Shown piece by piece: positions 47,277 through 61,374 of a DNA stretch of 64,000 bases. Within the stretch, counting starts at the first letter, position 1, and each line of letters begins with the position of its first letter. The translations under genes were made by a program, and so were the position numbers. The notes beneath the pieces were generated by a model. It was not told where the DNA came from and ran no database searches. It saw only the letters and a list, made by a program, of their open reading frames with translations. The DNA is taken from NCBI GenBank assembly GCA_031962025.1, contig JAVRKW010000001.1; one strand, written 5' to 3'. Source of the DNA: Pseudothermotoga sp. GTDB lineage: Bacteria; Thermotogota; Thermotogae; Thermotogales; DSM-5069.

Positions 47277-48677
47277 ATGATGAATAAGAAAGTGGATGAT
47301 ATTGTTCTTGCCAACATCGAACACATGTTCCAGGAGATATCAAATCTTGTGAAAATCAAATCTGTAAAATCTGAGCCTGCTGGAGCTGGAAAACCATTTG
47401 GAGAAGGCATTGCAATGGCTCTTGAGTATGCGCTCGATCTTGGTAAAAGACTTGGTTTTCAGACCAAGAACGTCGATGGGTATGGTGGACACATAGAATA
47501 TGGAAAGGATGGAAAACTTTTTGCGGTCCTGGGACATCTTGATGTTGTCCCTGAAGGCGATGGCTGGTCTGTGGATCCTTATTCGGGATTGATCAAGGAT
47601 GGTTATTTGTGGGGAAGGGGTGCCTGTGATGATAAAGGACCAACAGTTGCAGCTATTTTCGCACTCAAAGCCGTGAAAGATGCGGGATATGATATTAAAA
47701 ACCGCGTGAGAATAATACTTGGAACAGATGAAGAATCAGGTTGGGATGGTATAAGGTACTATTTTCAGAAAGAAGAAACACCAGTATATGCAGTCACACC
47801 GGATGCAAACTTTCCGATAATTTACGCTGAGAAAGGTATTATAAACTACAGTATAAGTTTTCTGTTGAAAAAACAAAAGAACTCTGGAGCTCGAATTGTC
47901 TATCTAAAAGCCGGCGAAGCTTCAAATGTTGTCCCTCAAAATGCAACAGTCATTATGGAGTCCTTTAACGATCAAGTTTTAGAACGCTTGAGAGAGTTCA
48001 AACCGAAAAATGGTGCAAAGGTTTTTTGGCAGATAACTGATGGAAAATTGAAGATAGAAGTGAATGGAAAATCAGCCCACGGTTCCAAACCTGAACATGG
48101 TATAAATGCAGCAGCTGCTTTACTGGACTTTTTAAGAACCATTGAGATCGACAACCAGGATCTCGAAACCTTCATAAGGGTGGTTTTTGAGAAGATCGGT
48201 TATGAAACTGACGGCAGTTCCATGAAAATTGCCGGTACAGACTGCATAGCCGGTCCATTGACACTCAATCTTGGTACGATCGAACTCAACAACGACAGAA
48301 TAACGGCTGTTATTAACATACGCTATCCAATCTACTATTCGGAATCGATGCTTTCAAGGCAGGTTGTGGAGGCATTGAAACCACTCCACGTAGAGCCAAA
48401 AAATCATCATGCACCTTTATTTGTTTCACCGGATAGCGAATTGATCAAACTTTTGAGTGAAGTTTACAGCGATGTCACCGGACAGAAAGCCCAGCTACTG
48501 ACAACAGGTGGTGGGACGTATGCAAGAGCCGTACCGTGTGGTGTCGCTTTTGGACCGCTATTGCCAGATAGACCCGAAACAGAGCACCAGCCGGATGAAA
48601 GGATATCGCTTGACGATCTGGTTTTGATGACGCGGATCTACGCACAGCTTCTTTATAGAGTTCTTGTGGAGTGGTGA
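47277..48677 (+). CDS. pepV: M20-family dipeptidase PepV; start refined to ATG 47277/47280
   Basis: GHLDVVP, GRGACDDKGP, GTDEES, PDANFP, GKSAHGS, GGGTYAR, HQPDE. Confidence 0.92.
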   Translation: MMNKKVDDIVLANIEHMFQEISNLVKIKSVKSEPAGAGKPFGEGIAMALEYALDLGKRLGFQTKNVDGYGGHIEYGKDGKLFAVLGHLDVVPEGDGWSVDPYSGLIKDGYLWGRGACDDKGPTVAAIFALKAVKDAGYDIKNRVRIILGTDEESGWDGIRYYFQKEETPVYAVTPDANFPIIYAEKGIINYSISFLLKKQKNSGARIVYLKAGEASNVVPQNATVIMESFNDQVLERLREFKPKNGAKVFWQITDGKLKIEVNGKSAHGSKPEHGINAAAALLDFLRTIEIDNQDLETFIRVVFEKIGYETDGSSMKIAGTDCIAGPLTLNLGTIELNNDRITAVINIRYPIYYSESMLSRQVVEALKPLHVEPKNHHAPLFVSPDSELIKLLSEVYSDVTGQKAQLLTTGGGTYARAVPCGVAFGPLLPDRPETEHQPDERISLDDLVLMTRIYAQLLYRVLVEW

Positions 48678-48679
48678 AC

Positions 48680-51988
<3,309 letters not shown>

Positions 51989-52040
51989 AAATTCTCACCC
52001 TTTTAAAATTCTATCATAAAGTTGATAACCGAGTGATATC

Positions 52041-52069
52041 TTGGAAGAAAATCCAAGATGTGGTATTAT
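52041..52069 (+). promoter_or_regulatory. Sigma70 promoter of tRNA-Pro
   Basis: TTGGAA-17 nt-TATTAT with TG extension. Confidence 0.6.
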
Positions 52070-52085
52070 TTGAATGCAGGATGAG

Positions 52086-52161
52086 CAGGGGGTAGTTCAG
52101 AAGGAAGAACGCCGGAATCGGGGTCCGGAGGTCGAGGGTTCAAATCCCTCCCCCCTGACCA
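52086..52161 (+). tRNA. tRNA-Pro(CGG)
   Basis: 76 nt cloverleaf: CAGGGGG/CCCCCTG, GTTC/GAAC, CCGGA-ATCGGGG-TCCGG, GAGGG-TTCAAAT-CCCTC, ACCA; C1-G72 and A73. Confidence 0.95.
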
Positions 52162-53030
52162 TCTTTTGAGTATGTTTCGCACAGCTTTGACAGAGCCAGC
52201 CTTACAAAGCCGTATGGATCCTGTGCATCAGTGAACTCAACTGAGTACATAGTCTGTTCCACTATTTTTCTGAGAATATGTTCGGCATGATGCTGTGTTC
52301 TTTTCTTTCTTCTGTATTTCAATGTCCCATCTGTGTAAAAGACCTGCCAGAGTTTTTCTATTTTTTCCACCAGTTCCTGTACACCGTTTTGTGTATGCGT
52401 GCTTGTTCTACACAGTCGCCCTTCATCTTTTCCGGCGAGTGACACAAAAGCTAAAAGCTGCGTGTAGAGTGTATCGCTTTCTGGTAAATCACTTTTGTTG
52501 ACCACATACAGATCTGCTATCTCCATTACACCTGCCTTTAGCATCTGAACATCGTCCCCAAAACCCGGTGACAGCACTAAAACGGTGAGATCCGCAAGAT
52601 TAGAGATCTCTACCTCTGATTGCCCGATACCAACTGTTTCAACCAGCACATAGTCAAATCCACTGACCTCCAGCAACTTAACGACATCGAATACTGCATC
52701 ACAGAGTCCACCGAGGGCTCCACGAGATGCCATACTTCTGATGAAGACTTTTTCATCTGTGAAATGTTCCCTCATTCTTATGCGGTCACCCAAGAACGCT
52801 CCTCTTGTGAAAGGGCTGGAAGGGTCAATGGCAACCACGGCTATTGACATGTCTTTGTTCCTAATGAATCTAATAACCCGATCGATGAGACTGCTTTTCC
52901 CAACGCCGGGACTCCCAGTAAAACCTATAACCTTCGACTGGCGCTCTGGAAAACGTTGAAGAATCTGGGGTGCTATCTGCGGATTATTCTCTATCTGTGT
53001 TATTAATTTTGCCAGAGTTTTATGATCCAC
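52140..53030 (-). CDS. meaB: Methylmalonyl-CoA mutase-associated GTPase MeaB; probable start GTG 53030
   Basis: [48 protein letters not shown]. Confidence 0.93.
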   Translation of the reverse strand: MDHKTLAKLITQIENNPQIAPQILQRFPERQSKVIGFTGSPGVGKSSLIDRVIRFIRNKDMSIAVVAIDPSSPFTRGAFLGDRIRMREHFTDEKVFIRSMASRGALGGLCDAVFDVVKLLEVSGFDYVLVETVGIGQSEVEISNLADLTVLVLSPGFGDDVQMLKAGVMEIADLYVVNKSDLPESDTLYTQLLAFVSLAGKDEGRLCRTSTHTQNGVQELVEKIEKLWQVFYTDGTLKYRRKKRTQHHAEHILRKIVEQTMYSVEFTDAQDPYGFVRLALSKLCETYSKDGQGGGI

Positions 53031-53436
53031 CTGTACTTGCCACTCCTTCTTGTAAAATCGACTTGACTTCTTCCACGATTTTCGATAACGGCGTGCCAGG
53101 TCCAAAGACCCTTTTCACCCCAATCTGAAGCAACTGCGGTATATCATCTGGTGGAATGATTCCTCCAACGAAAACTGGTACATGTTCTATTCCCTCTTTT
53201 TTCATCAGTTCAATGACTTTCTTTGAAAGCTGTAAATGTGCACCGGATAATATCGAGAGCCCTATCAGATCAACATCTTCCTGCACGGCAGTTCGAACTA
53301 TCTGTTCGGGCGTCTGCCTTAAACCTGTGTAGATCACCTCAAATCCCGCATCGCGCAGGGCATGTGCCACGACTTTTGCACCACGATCATGACCATCGAG
53401 ACCGGGCTTTGCGATTAGAATTCTGAAGATTTTCAT
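53020..53436 (-). CDS. Acyl-CoA mutase small (cobalamin-binding) subunit
   Basis: [10 protein letters not shown] (DxHxxG), SILSGAH, GGIIP, FGPGT. Confidence 0.95.
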   Translation of the reverse strand: MKIFRILIAKPGLDGHDRGAKVVAHALRDAGFEVIYTGLRQTPEQIVRTAVQEDVDLIGLSILSGAHLQLSKKVIELMKKEGIEHVPVFVGGIIPPDDIPQLLQIGVKRVFGPGTPLSKIVEEVKSILQEGVASTGGS

Positions 53437-53450
53437 TCATCTCACCTCGC

Positions 53451-55130
53451 TCACAGAACCATGGATTCTGTGTATTCACCAAAAACATCCCTGAGAGTGT
53501 CGGAAATTTCACCGAGTGTCGCGTAGACTTTAACCGCATCGAATACATAAGGTACGATGTTCTTGCCATCCTTTGCAGCCTGTTTCAGTTCCTTCAGCGC
53601 ACTGCGAACCGCATTGTTATCGCGTTCTTCTTTCAGTTTTTTCAGAGAAAGAATCTGTTTTTCCTCAACAGAAGGATCGACTTTGAGAATGTTTTTCAGC
53701 TGACTTTCCTGATCTGTCTGGAACGCGTTTACACCGACCACAATCTGTTCTTTTTTCTCAACGGCAAGTTGCTGCTCATAAGCACTGTTGTGAATCTCCT
53801 TCTGAACATAACCTGTTTCAATTGCTCTAACCATACCTCCCATCGAGTCTATTTTCTCTATGTATTCCCAGACCTTATCTTCTATTTCGTTGGTCAAAGA
53901 TTCAATTGCAAAAGATCCAGCGAGTGGATCAACTGTGTCGGCTACACCTGATTCGTAAGCGATTATTTGCTGTGTTCTGAGTGCAACCTGGACTGATTCT
54001 TCCGTCGGCAATCCCAGCGCTTCGTCAAATGAATTTGTGTGCAATGACTGGGTACCACCGAGAACTGAAGCCAGTGCCTGTATTGCCACACGAACTATGT
54101 TGTTGAGTGGTTGCTGTGCGGTCAGTGTGGAACCACCCGTCTGCGTATGGAATCTGAGTTTCAGCGCCTCTGGATTGGTGACTTTGAACCTTTCACTCAT
54201 GATCTTAGCCCAGATTCTGCGTGCAGCTCTGAATTTTGCGATTTCCTCGAGAAAGTTGTTGTGAGCAGCAAAAAAGAAAGAAAGCTGTTTACCAAAAACA
54301 TTTGGATCAAGACCGGATTTTATCGCCGCTTCGACATAGGCTATACCGTCACAGAAAGTGAATGCGAGTTCCTGAACGGCATTTGCACCAGCTTCGCGTA
54401 TGTGATACCCACTGATGCTTATCGTGTTCCACTTTGGCATGTTCTTGGAACAAAATTCAAAGATGTCGGTTATGATCTTCATTGAAGGTTGTGGGGGAAA
54501 GATATACGTTCCGCGTGCGATGTATTCTTTCAGAACGTCGTTCTGTATGGTCCCCCTGAGTTCACCAATCTGGGCACCCTGTTTTTGAGCAGTCACAGCG
54601 TACATGCCTAATAAAATAACAGCAGTTGAATTGATCGTCATCGAAGTACTGACGTCTTTTAAGGGAATACCATTAAAGAGAATCTCTATGTCTTTTAAAG
54701 AATCAACGGCGACACCGACACGACCAACCTCTCCCTGAGCAAGTGGATGATCTGAATCATAACCCATTTGAGTTGGCAAATCAAACGCCACCGATAATCC
54801 GGTCTGTCCCTGCTGCAAGAGATATCTGAATCTTTCATTTGTCTCCTTTGCCGTACCAAATCCAGCGTACTGGCGCATCGTCCAGAACCTTCCACGATAC
54901 ATTGTCCGCTGAACGCCTCTTGTGAACGGATATTCTCCGGGCATTCCAAGATCTCTCAAGTAGTTCGTATTCTGAAGATCAAGCGGTGTATAGACCCTTT
55001 TGATCTGTATACCAGATCTTGAGCTGAATTTTTCTGCTCTTTCCGGGAATTTCTTCAATTCAATTTGAAGCTGTTCTTCCCATGATTTGACCTTTTCTGA
55101 AAGGTCTTTTAAGAATTCTTTATCGTACAT
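53451..55130 (-). CDS. Methylmalonyl-CoA mutase large (substrate-binding) subunit
   Basis: PFTRG, MRQYAGF (Tyr), [19 protein letters not shown] (Arg), [16 protein letters not shown]. Confidence 0.95.
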   Translation of the reverse strand: MYDKEFLKDLSEKVKSWEEQLQIELKKFPERAEKFSSRSGIQIKRVYTPLDLQNTNYLRDLGMPGEYPFTRGVQRTMYRGRFWTMRQYAGFGTAKETNERFRYLLQQGQTGLSVAFDLPTQMGYDSDHPLAQGEVGRVGVAVDSLKDIEILFNGIPLKDVSTSMTINSTAVILLGMYAVTAQKQGAQIGELRGTIQNDVLKEYIARGTYIFPPQPSMKIITDIFEFCSKNMPKWNTISISGYHIREAGANAVQELAFTFCDGIAYVEAAIKSGLDPNVFGKQLSFFFAAHNNFLEEIAKFRAARRIWAKIMSERFKVTNPEALKLRFHTQTGGSTLTAQQPLNNIVRVAIQALASVLGGTQSLHTNSFDEALGLPTEESVQVALRTQQIIAYESGVADTVDPLAGSFAIESLTNEIEDKVWEYIEKIDSMGGMVRAIETGYVQKEIHNSAYEQQLAVEKKEQIVVGVNAFQTDQESQLKNILKVDPSVEEKQILSLKKLKEERDNNAVRSALKELKQAAKDGKNIVPYVFDAVKVYATLGEISDTLRDVFGEYTESMVL

Positions 55131-55917
55131 AACTGATCACCCCCTGAGAGATTTGTTTCAACAAAAATGAACAGCATCCGCGAAAATCACCATCGGTTTT
55201 ACCAACTGGCTTTACGATGACATCGACAACATCTTCAAGTTCATTTTGCAAAATATATCTATATGAGCCTTTCGGCTGCATGCAACCAAGAGTGACGATC
55301 TTGAAAAGTTTTTTTGCGTATTTAAAAAGGTCTTTGACTTCATCGACAGCCGGCGGGAGACAGTTTTCATACAGTGTACCGGCAGTTGGTATGAAAATAT
55401 TCAGCACTATCGAATCAAAATATTTACTGAGCATCTCAATTGATCTGTATTCATGTGTTATTCTTCCGCAGTCTATTCCTATCGTCACGTGGGGGACTGC
55501 AAAGATTTCGGCTGATCTTATCACATCGATCTGATCAGCCGGATCTTTACTGATGCCATAGATTTTTTTCATGACTTTTGGGTCAAAGAAGAAATCAAAA
55601 CTCACCACATCTGCTATCTGTTTCAGGTCATACACCGGACTGGATGGAAAGCCAACGTGGAAATTGTATTTTAGACTGTACTTTTCTTTTAAAAACCTGA
55701 GCCTGTTTAGAATCAAATTGCTGTGGGGTATTTCTCCGTTATCGTTCAATCCACCACTGATTAAAAAAGAACGAACCCCTTGATTTGCGTATTTTTCCAT
55801 GTCCTGCAATGTTTTCATTCCGCTCAGATAATGTTTCCCGCAATGTGCACAGTTCAAAGCACACCATCGACCTGTTAAAGAAATCGGTACAGTATCCTGT
55901 GGATTTACCAGGATCAA
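55120..55917 (-). CDS. Radical SAM protein, LipS1-like (biotin synthase-related family)
   Basis: [32 protein letters not shown]-terminal GCCS. Confidence 0.75.
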   Translation of the reverse strand: MILVNPQDTVPISLTGRWCALNCAHCGKHYLSGMKTLQDMEKYANQGVRSFLISGGLNDNGEIPHSNLILNRLRFLKEKYSLKYNFHVGFPSSPVYDLKQIADVVSFDFFFDPKVMKKIYGISKDPADQIDVIRSAEIFAVPHVTIGIDCGRITHEYRSIEMLSKYFDSIVLNIFIPTAGTLYENCLPPAVDEVKDLFKYAKKLFKIVTLGCMQPKGSYRYILQNELEDVVDVIVKPVGKTDGDFRGCCSFLLKQISQGVISYVR

Positions 55918-55982
55918 CCAATCACCACCAGATAGATCATATCATTTAATACAGGTGATTTCAAAGTGATATTATTTATAGG

Positions 55983-57599
55983 GTGATATCATTGAAGGAT
56001 ATCTTCAGTTGGTTTTGCCAAAAAAATATACTACCGTGTGCAATTTTTAAGAATAAAGTCAAATATGAAGCAAATTCACTTTTCGAAAATCTTTTTTCTC
56101 TTAAAGGCGAAGATTTTCAACAGCAGATAAAATCGCTTATCGAGCAGAGTCAGAAAAAGTCAAAGATCGTCTCGAGTCGTTTTGCAGATGAATGTAACTT
56201 ATGGCATACTCTCATGGCTTTTTCTTTTGAACAAGATGGTTTAATGTATACAGTGCTCCTGCTTGGACCAAACTCAGCCCTTGTTGAGCATGCTGTAACT
56301 CTTCTGCAAGCATCTTTGGTTTCGCCGGTAATGATCGTAAACAGAAAAATTGAGATACTTTTTTGCAACAAAAACGAATTTGGAGAGCTTAAAAATACTC
56401 ATCCGCAGCAATGGGAGAAAATCAAAAAAACAATTCAAAAAAGCTTCATAAATGGATCATCTGTTCAGGAAGAACTTGCCATAGATGATAGACTCTACCA
56501 GATAACAACAATACCAGAGCATGATGATGTTTTAGTGTTTTTCAAAGATATCACATCCGAGAAATTAGCCCAGGAAAGGTACAATCAACTAAGGTTATTC
56601 GGATCGCGCTTTTCTCTGGTGGAAAAGATCATGGAAATACTGACTCAAGAGAAGGCTGAACTTTCCAAAATTGGAAGGACGATCTACGAAGAAGTTAGAA
56701 AAGTTATTCCGATTGATACATTTTACCTTGCACTGATTGACAATGATTTTATAGTTATTGAGTACGGTATCAATCTGGGAAAAGAGATCACGGGTTTAAA
56801 AATCAAAAGAGGATATGTCGGGTTTTCAAATTATGTCATAGACAAAGGTGAATTTGTATACATTCCAAATTCAAAAGCAGCACACATAGGTCCATATAGA
56901 CCAAAGGCAATAGTTGCAGGGGAAACCAATTGGATCTGGAGTTATGTGGGTGTTCCTTTGAAAATCGGTGATAGGGTTGTCGGTGCAGTTAGCTTTCAAA
57001 AACGTGGTTCAAATGCCTTTTTGGAATCTCATCTGGCTTTTTTCGAGCTCATTGGCAAACAAATAGCCGTTGCAATGAGAATGAAGTCACTTTTTGATGA
57101 GCTGGAGAGTCAGAGGTCAAAATACAGAGAAATTGCGATTAAAGATCCTCTGACCGGTTGCTACACAAGGTATTACTTCACAGAATATTTCAATCGATTT
57201 CAAAGTATTATAGAAAGGAAGGGTGGGCAGATCTGTTTTATCATGATCGATGTAAATGATTTCAAACACATCAACGACAAATACGGTCATATCGCTGGAG
57301 ACGATGTTTTGAGAAATATCGGTCAGATTTTGTTAAAAAGCGTTAGAAAAATGGATCTTGTTGTCAGATACGGTGGAGATGAGTTTTTACTGATGCTCCC
57401 GTATGTTGATTTGAAAACGGCAAGGCAGATTATTGATAGAATATCAAAAAAGGTGGCAAGTTTGAAAATCCCGGAAGTAGACGAGAAAATAACCCTGAGT
57501 TTTGGAGTGTCGATTTTCGATGGCTCACAGAATTTGAAAGACGTTCTGAAGATTGCCGACGAGAACATGTATAGGATGAAAAAGGAGGGAAAAAAATGA
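55983..57599 (+). CDS. PAS/GAF-containing diguanylate cyclase
   Basis: DPLTG, FKHINDKYGH, RKMD I-site, RYGGDEF; GAF-like SYVGVPL. Confidence 0.92.
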   Translation: MISLKDIFSWFCQKNILPCAIFKNKVKYEANSLFENLFSLKGEDFQQQIKSLIEQSQKKSKIVSSRFADECNLWHTLMAFSFEQDGLMYTVLLLGPNSALVEHAVTLLQASLVSPVMIVNRKIEILFCNKNEFGELKNTHPQQWEKIKKTIQKSFINGSSVQEELAIDDRLYQITTIPEHDDVLVFFKDITSEKLAQERYNQLRLFGSRFSLVEKIMEILTQEKAELSKIGRTIYEEVRKVIPIDTFYLALIDNDFIVIEYGINLGKEITGLKIKRGYVGFSNYVIDKGEFVYIPNSKAAHIGPYRPKAIVAGETNWIWSYVGVPLKIGDRVVGAVSFQKRGSNAFLESHLAFFELIGKQIAVAMRMKSLFDELESQRSKYREIAIKDPLTGCYTRYYFTEYFNRFQSIIERKGGQICFIMIDVNDFKHINDKYGHIAGDDVLRNIGQILLKSVRKMDLVVRYGGDEFLLMLPYVDLKTARQIIDRISKKVASLKIPEVDEKITLSFGVSIFDGSQNLKDVLKIADENMYRMKKEGKK

Positions 57600-58438
57600 A
57601 GGTTTACATCTCGGTAGACATGGAAGGTCTTGCTGGTATATCGATGTGGAGCGAAGTTTCACCAAGACAGAGCAGAGAATCCGTTGAGATACTCTACGAA
57701 CACCTAAGAGCTCTTTTACAGGGACTGTTTGAAAGTGGGAAAGTCGATCAGGTTTTGATTTCTGATTCACACGCCGCTGGAGACAATATACCTTACAGGA
57801 TAACAGAAGAATTTCAAAATGTCCAGATCGCCCACGGACCTTTGAGAAAAGATTTCATGATGATAGGTTTGGATCAGAGTTTTGACAGAGTTGTTTTTTT
57901 AGGTTACCATGCAGGTGTTGGTGCAAAGTATGGAATAATGGATCACACATATTCCAGTTCTGTAATTCACAATCTGTGGATAAATGGACAGCGCATGAAT
58001 GAGGCTATCATAAATGCGGCTTTCGCAGGTTATCACAAGGTTCCACTCGCACTTGTGATAGGTGACAGCGCGCTGGAAAAGGAATTGAAAGAATCGCTTA
58101 GCGGTGAGTACATCTATGTTGTAACCAAAGAATCAACGGGAAGGTTTTCTGCAATAATGAGATCGAAATCGACTGTGATGAAAGAGATAAGAGAAGCTGC
58201 CAGACGTGCCGTGCAGATCGAAAAAAACAGGCTAACTCTTGTCAGATTCACACCACCGATTGAGATGAAAATAGAACTGAAAGATACGTCTTTTGCCGAT
58301 GCAGTAGAATTGATGCCGAAAGTAGAGAGAATAGACGCCAGAACGGTGGTTCTCCAAGACAACGATTACTCTGTTATTTTCAATGCGATCATGGCTATTG
58401 TACTGATTGCCAAAGCTGTTAAAGACATAGGGGGTTGA
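57596..58438 (+). CDS. M55 D-aminopeptidase (B. subtilis DppA family)
   Basis: YISVDMEG, DSH, LGYHA, DHT, NE. Confidence 0.92.
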   Translation: MKVYISVDMEGLAGISMWSEVSPRQSRESVEILYEHLRALLQGLFESGKVDQVLISDSHAAGDNIPYRITEEFQNVQIAHGPLRKDFMMIGLDQSFDRVVFLGYHAGVGAKYGIMDHTYSSSVIHNLWINGQRMNEAIINAAFAGYHKVPLALVIGDSALEKELKESLSGEYIYVVTKESTGRFSAIMRSKSTVMKEIREAARRAVQIEKNRLTLVRFTPPIEMKIELKDTSFADAVELMPKVERIDARTVVLQDNDYSVIFNAIMAIVLIAKAVKDIGG

Positions 58439-58443
58439 AACGG

Positions 58444-59313
58444 ATGAGAACTCTGAATGAACTTCTTGAGCGTGCGAGATCTTCACAAAAGAAGAGTCTG
58501 GTTGTTGTCGGCTGTGAGGATGAAGAGGCAGTCAGAGCTGCCAAGATGGCTTACGAAAAAGGGGTTGTTGGAAAGGTTTTTCTCGTTGGCAGTAAACAGA
58601 GCTGGGTGGACGATAACGTGGAATTCATATTCACCGATAGTGAATATCAATCGGCGCAGGAGGGTGTGAAGGTAGTTTCATCGGGTCGGGCGGATATACT
58701 TTTAAAAGGACTTGTCAAGACTTCCGTGCTGCTAAAAGCGGTGCTCAATAAAGAATGGGGATTGAGAGGATCCGGTCTTCTCAGCCATGTTGCAGCCGTT
58801 GAAGTTCCCGGAATCGACAGAGTTGTCTTCATAACCGATGGCGGGATGGTTATCAGACCGACGCTTGAAGAAAAGGTTGCGATAATAAAAAATGCCATCG
58901 ATCTGATGCATAAACTCGGTTATGAAAGACCGAAAGTGGCAATTATTTGCGCGGTTGAGACGGTGAACGAAGATATGCCTGAGACCTTAGATGCATCGGT
59001 GATAGCCAAGATGGCGCAGCGAGGTGAATTTAAAGATTGCCTTGTCGATGGACCACTTGGTTTGGACAATGCTTTGAATTGTGATGCGGCAAGGGTGAAA
59101 AATGTAAAAAGCGAGGTGGCTGGACAGGCTGATTTGCTTGTTGTTCCCGATATCCATTCCGGTAACTTTCTGGGTAAATCGGCTATATACTTTGCAAAAG
59201 GGAAGATAGCTGGTTTGATCGTTGGAGCAAGAGCACCCGTGGTAGTTGTTTCCAGAGCTGACAGCGCCGAATCAAAACTCTTGTCAATAGCGATGGCTGC
59301 ATGTGCTGGATGA
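58444..59313 (+). CDS. ptb: Phosphate butyryl/acetyltransferase
   Basis: LKGLVKT, LLSHV, TDGG, DGPLGLDNA, PDIHSGNFLGK, SRADS. Confidence 0.88.
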   Translation: MRTLNELLERARSSQKKSLVVVGCEDEEAVRAAKMAYEKGVVGKVFLVGSKQSWVDDNVEFIFTDSEYQSAQEGVKVVSSGRADILLKGLVKTSVLLKAVLNKEWGLRGSGLLSHVAAVEVPGIDRVVFITDGGMVIRPTLEEKVAIIKNAIDLMHKLGYERPKVAIICAVETVNEDMPETLDASVIAKMAQRGEFKDCLVDGPLGLDNALNCDAARVKNVKSEVAGQADLLVVPDIHSGNFLGKSAIYFAKGKIAGLIVGARAPVVVVSRADSAESKLLSIAMAACAG

Positions 59314-59326
59314 GGCTGGGAGGCTT

Positions 59327-60265
59327 ATGATAAAAGTTCTTTTGCCATCACTGATCACAAACGAAGTAACACTTCCAATGACTAATGAGAGAATTAATTT
59401 GAAGTACTATCAGGACAAAGACGATTATGAACAAAGGATTCTTGAAGATTTCTGGGATGTTGTATACGGTCCAAAGGTCGATAAACAACCAGAAGCCATC
59501 TTTGTTGATAATCTTTCTGCACTGATCTTAGCCATTAACTTTGTGGAAACCAAAAAGGCACTGGAAAGGTGCAGAAAGGTCAACGACATAATGAATTTCT
59601 CCGTTGAACTTCAGGGAATAAGGATACTTTCCACATTAAAACAGCTACGAAAATTGAAAAGCAACAACATAGAAAAGCTGGTAATAGTTGTGGAAAAAGG
59701 AATCCAGGCTGAGGCGTATGTCGATTTTCTGTCCGAAGGTAAATACGTGGAGATTTCACCGGGTAACTACGAGGCAGTTGTCGATGAAAAAAAGGTCATC
59801 GTGATAGAATCACCCATTCATCTGGATGGGAATGTAAATATACAGATCCCCCCCCTGAGAAAAAGAAAGGAAGATATCCCTTATATGATAGATCGCATGC
59901 TTTCTCTGATTCATCATCGGCACAAAAATCTGCCGGTGCAATTTCCCGACGAACAAACTCTTAAGATGCTCATTTCATACGATTGGCCGGGCAACACCGA
60001 AGAACTGATCGAAACCATATATGCCTATGCAACAGGTGAGGATATAGTTAGACGCATTGCTAAAACAAATGTTTTCACAGCACAATCCAATCAAGTTGAT
60101 CTGAAAGAATATGTAAGCAACATGGTTGCAAAGATCGAAAAGCAGTTCATACACGATGCTTTGCAGAAAACTTCGTGGAACAGAAAGAAGGCATCTGCAA
60201 TTTTAAAGATGAATTACAAGACATTCTGTTACAAAATGAAAAAATACGGGATAACCAGACGCTAA
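59327..60265 (+). CDS. Fis-HTH regulator with degenerate NtrC-type AAA+ remnant
   Basis: IPPLRKRKEDIP, YDWPGNTEEL, WNRKKASAILKMNYKTF; no Walker A or GAFTGA. Confidence 0.75.
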   Translation: MIKVLLPSLITNEVTLPMTNERINLKYYQDKDDYEQRILEDFWDVVYGPKVDKQPEAIFVDNLSALILAINFVETKKALERCRKVNDIMNFSVELQGIRILSTLKQLRKLKSNNIEKLVIVVEKGIQAEAYVDFLSEGKYVEISPGNYEAVVDEKKVIVIESPIHLDGNVNIQIPPLRKRKEDIPYMIDRMLSLIHHRHKNLPVQFPDEQTLKMLISYDWPGNTEELIETIYAYATGEDIVRRIAKTNVFTAQSNQVDLKEYVSNMVAKIEKQFIHDALQKTSWNRKKASAILKMNYKTFCYKMKKYGITRR

Positions 60266-61365
60266 ATTTTCTGGTTTGCGAAGTAAAGCAATTCAGCTTC
60301 AATAAAATCATCGAGTTCCCCATCGAGAACAGCTTCAAAGTTACCTGTTTCAACTGCTGTTCGGTGATCTTTTACCAGTGTGTACGGTTGTAGTATGTAA
60401 GATCTTATCTGATTTCCCCAGGCTATTTCTTTGAGTTCACCTTGGATTTCTTCTAGCTGCTCCTTTCTTTTGGAGAGCTCCAACTGATAAAGCTTGGCTT
60501 TGAGCATTTTCATCGCCTGAGCTTTGTTCTGGTGTTGAGATCTTTCACTTTGACATGAAACAACTATGCCTGTAGGTAGATGTGTTATTCTCACAGCAGA
60601 ATCTGTTCTGTTGACGTATTGACCACCATGACCAGATGCACGAAAAGTATCTATTCTAAGATCTTCTGGCTTGATTTCCACCTCGATATCATCTGATATC
60701 TCAGGTATTACATTCACAGAAGCAAAGGATGTATGACGCCTTTTTGCGGCATCAAATGGCGATATTCTCACAAGTCTGTGCACGCCTCTCTCGTGTTTCA
60801 AATAACCGTATGCGTATTCACCCTTTACCAGAATCGTTGCACTCTTGACTCCGGCTTCTTCACCTGGTTGAAAATCGAGCAGTTCCACTTCGAACCCCTT
60901 TCTCTCTGCCCACCTCATGTACATCCTGAGCAACATCTGAGCCCAATCGTGTGATTCAGTACCGCCTGCACCGGGATGTACTGTTAAATAAGCATTACTC
61001 GAATCAAGCGGGTCATTCAGGATCAATTCAAATTGAAAGCGGCGCAGGTCTTTTTCAACATCTCTAACTAGTTCTTCAACGTTTTGAGCAATCTGTGGAT
61101 CATCTTCACTCAACTCAACGCCAATGTCTATATCCTCCAAACGTTTTTTGATCTTCTCCATGTCATTCAGAAGTTCTTTGAGATGCTGTATTTTTCGGGA
61201 AAGCTCACTGGCTTTCCTTTGTTCTTTCCAGATCTCAGGATCAGAAAGCTGTTGTTCCAGCTCCTTAAGTTCTGCTCTTATCTTTTCGGGATTTATGAGT
61301 TTTAAAAAGTTACTGTATTTTTCCTTTAGCTCATCTATTTTCACACGAGTTTCATAAGCTATCAT
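60262..61365 (-). CDS. prfB: Peptide chain release factor 2 (uninterrupted ORF)
   Basis: GAGGTE, SPF tripeptide, GGQ, WGNQIRSY. Confidence 0.97.
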   Translation of the reverse strand: MIAYETRVKIDELKEKYSNFLKLINPEKIRAELKELEQQLSDPEIWKEQRKASELSRKIQHLKELLNDMEKIKKRLEDIDIGVELSEDDPQIAQNVEELVRDVEKDLRRFQFELILNDPLDSSNAYLTVHPGAGGTESHDWAQMLLRMYMRWAERKGFEVELLDFQPGEEAGVKSATILVKGEYAYGYLKHERGVHRLVRISPFDAAKRRHTSFASVNVIPEISDDIEVEIKPEDLRIDTFRASGHGGQYVNRTDSAVRITHLPTGIVVSCQSERSQHQNKAQAMKMLKAKLYQLELSKRKEQLEEIQGELKEIAWGNQIRSYILQPYTLVKDHRTAVETGNFEAVLDGELDDFIEAELLYFANQKI

Positions 61366-61374
61366 CTCAATCGT

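Noticed and set aside
55139..55147. CCCCCTGA matching the tRNA-Pro 3' end as a possible attR
   Set aside because: Only 8 nt, explained as the SD of the mutase gene on the minus strand; no integrase nearby
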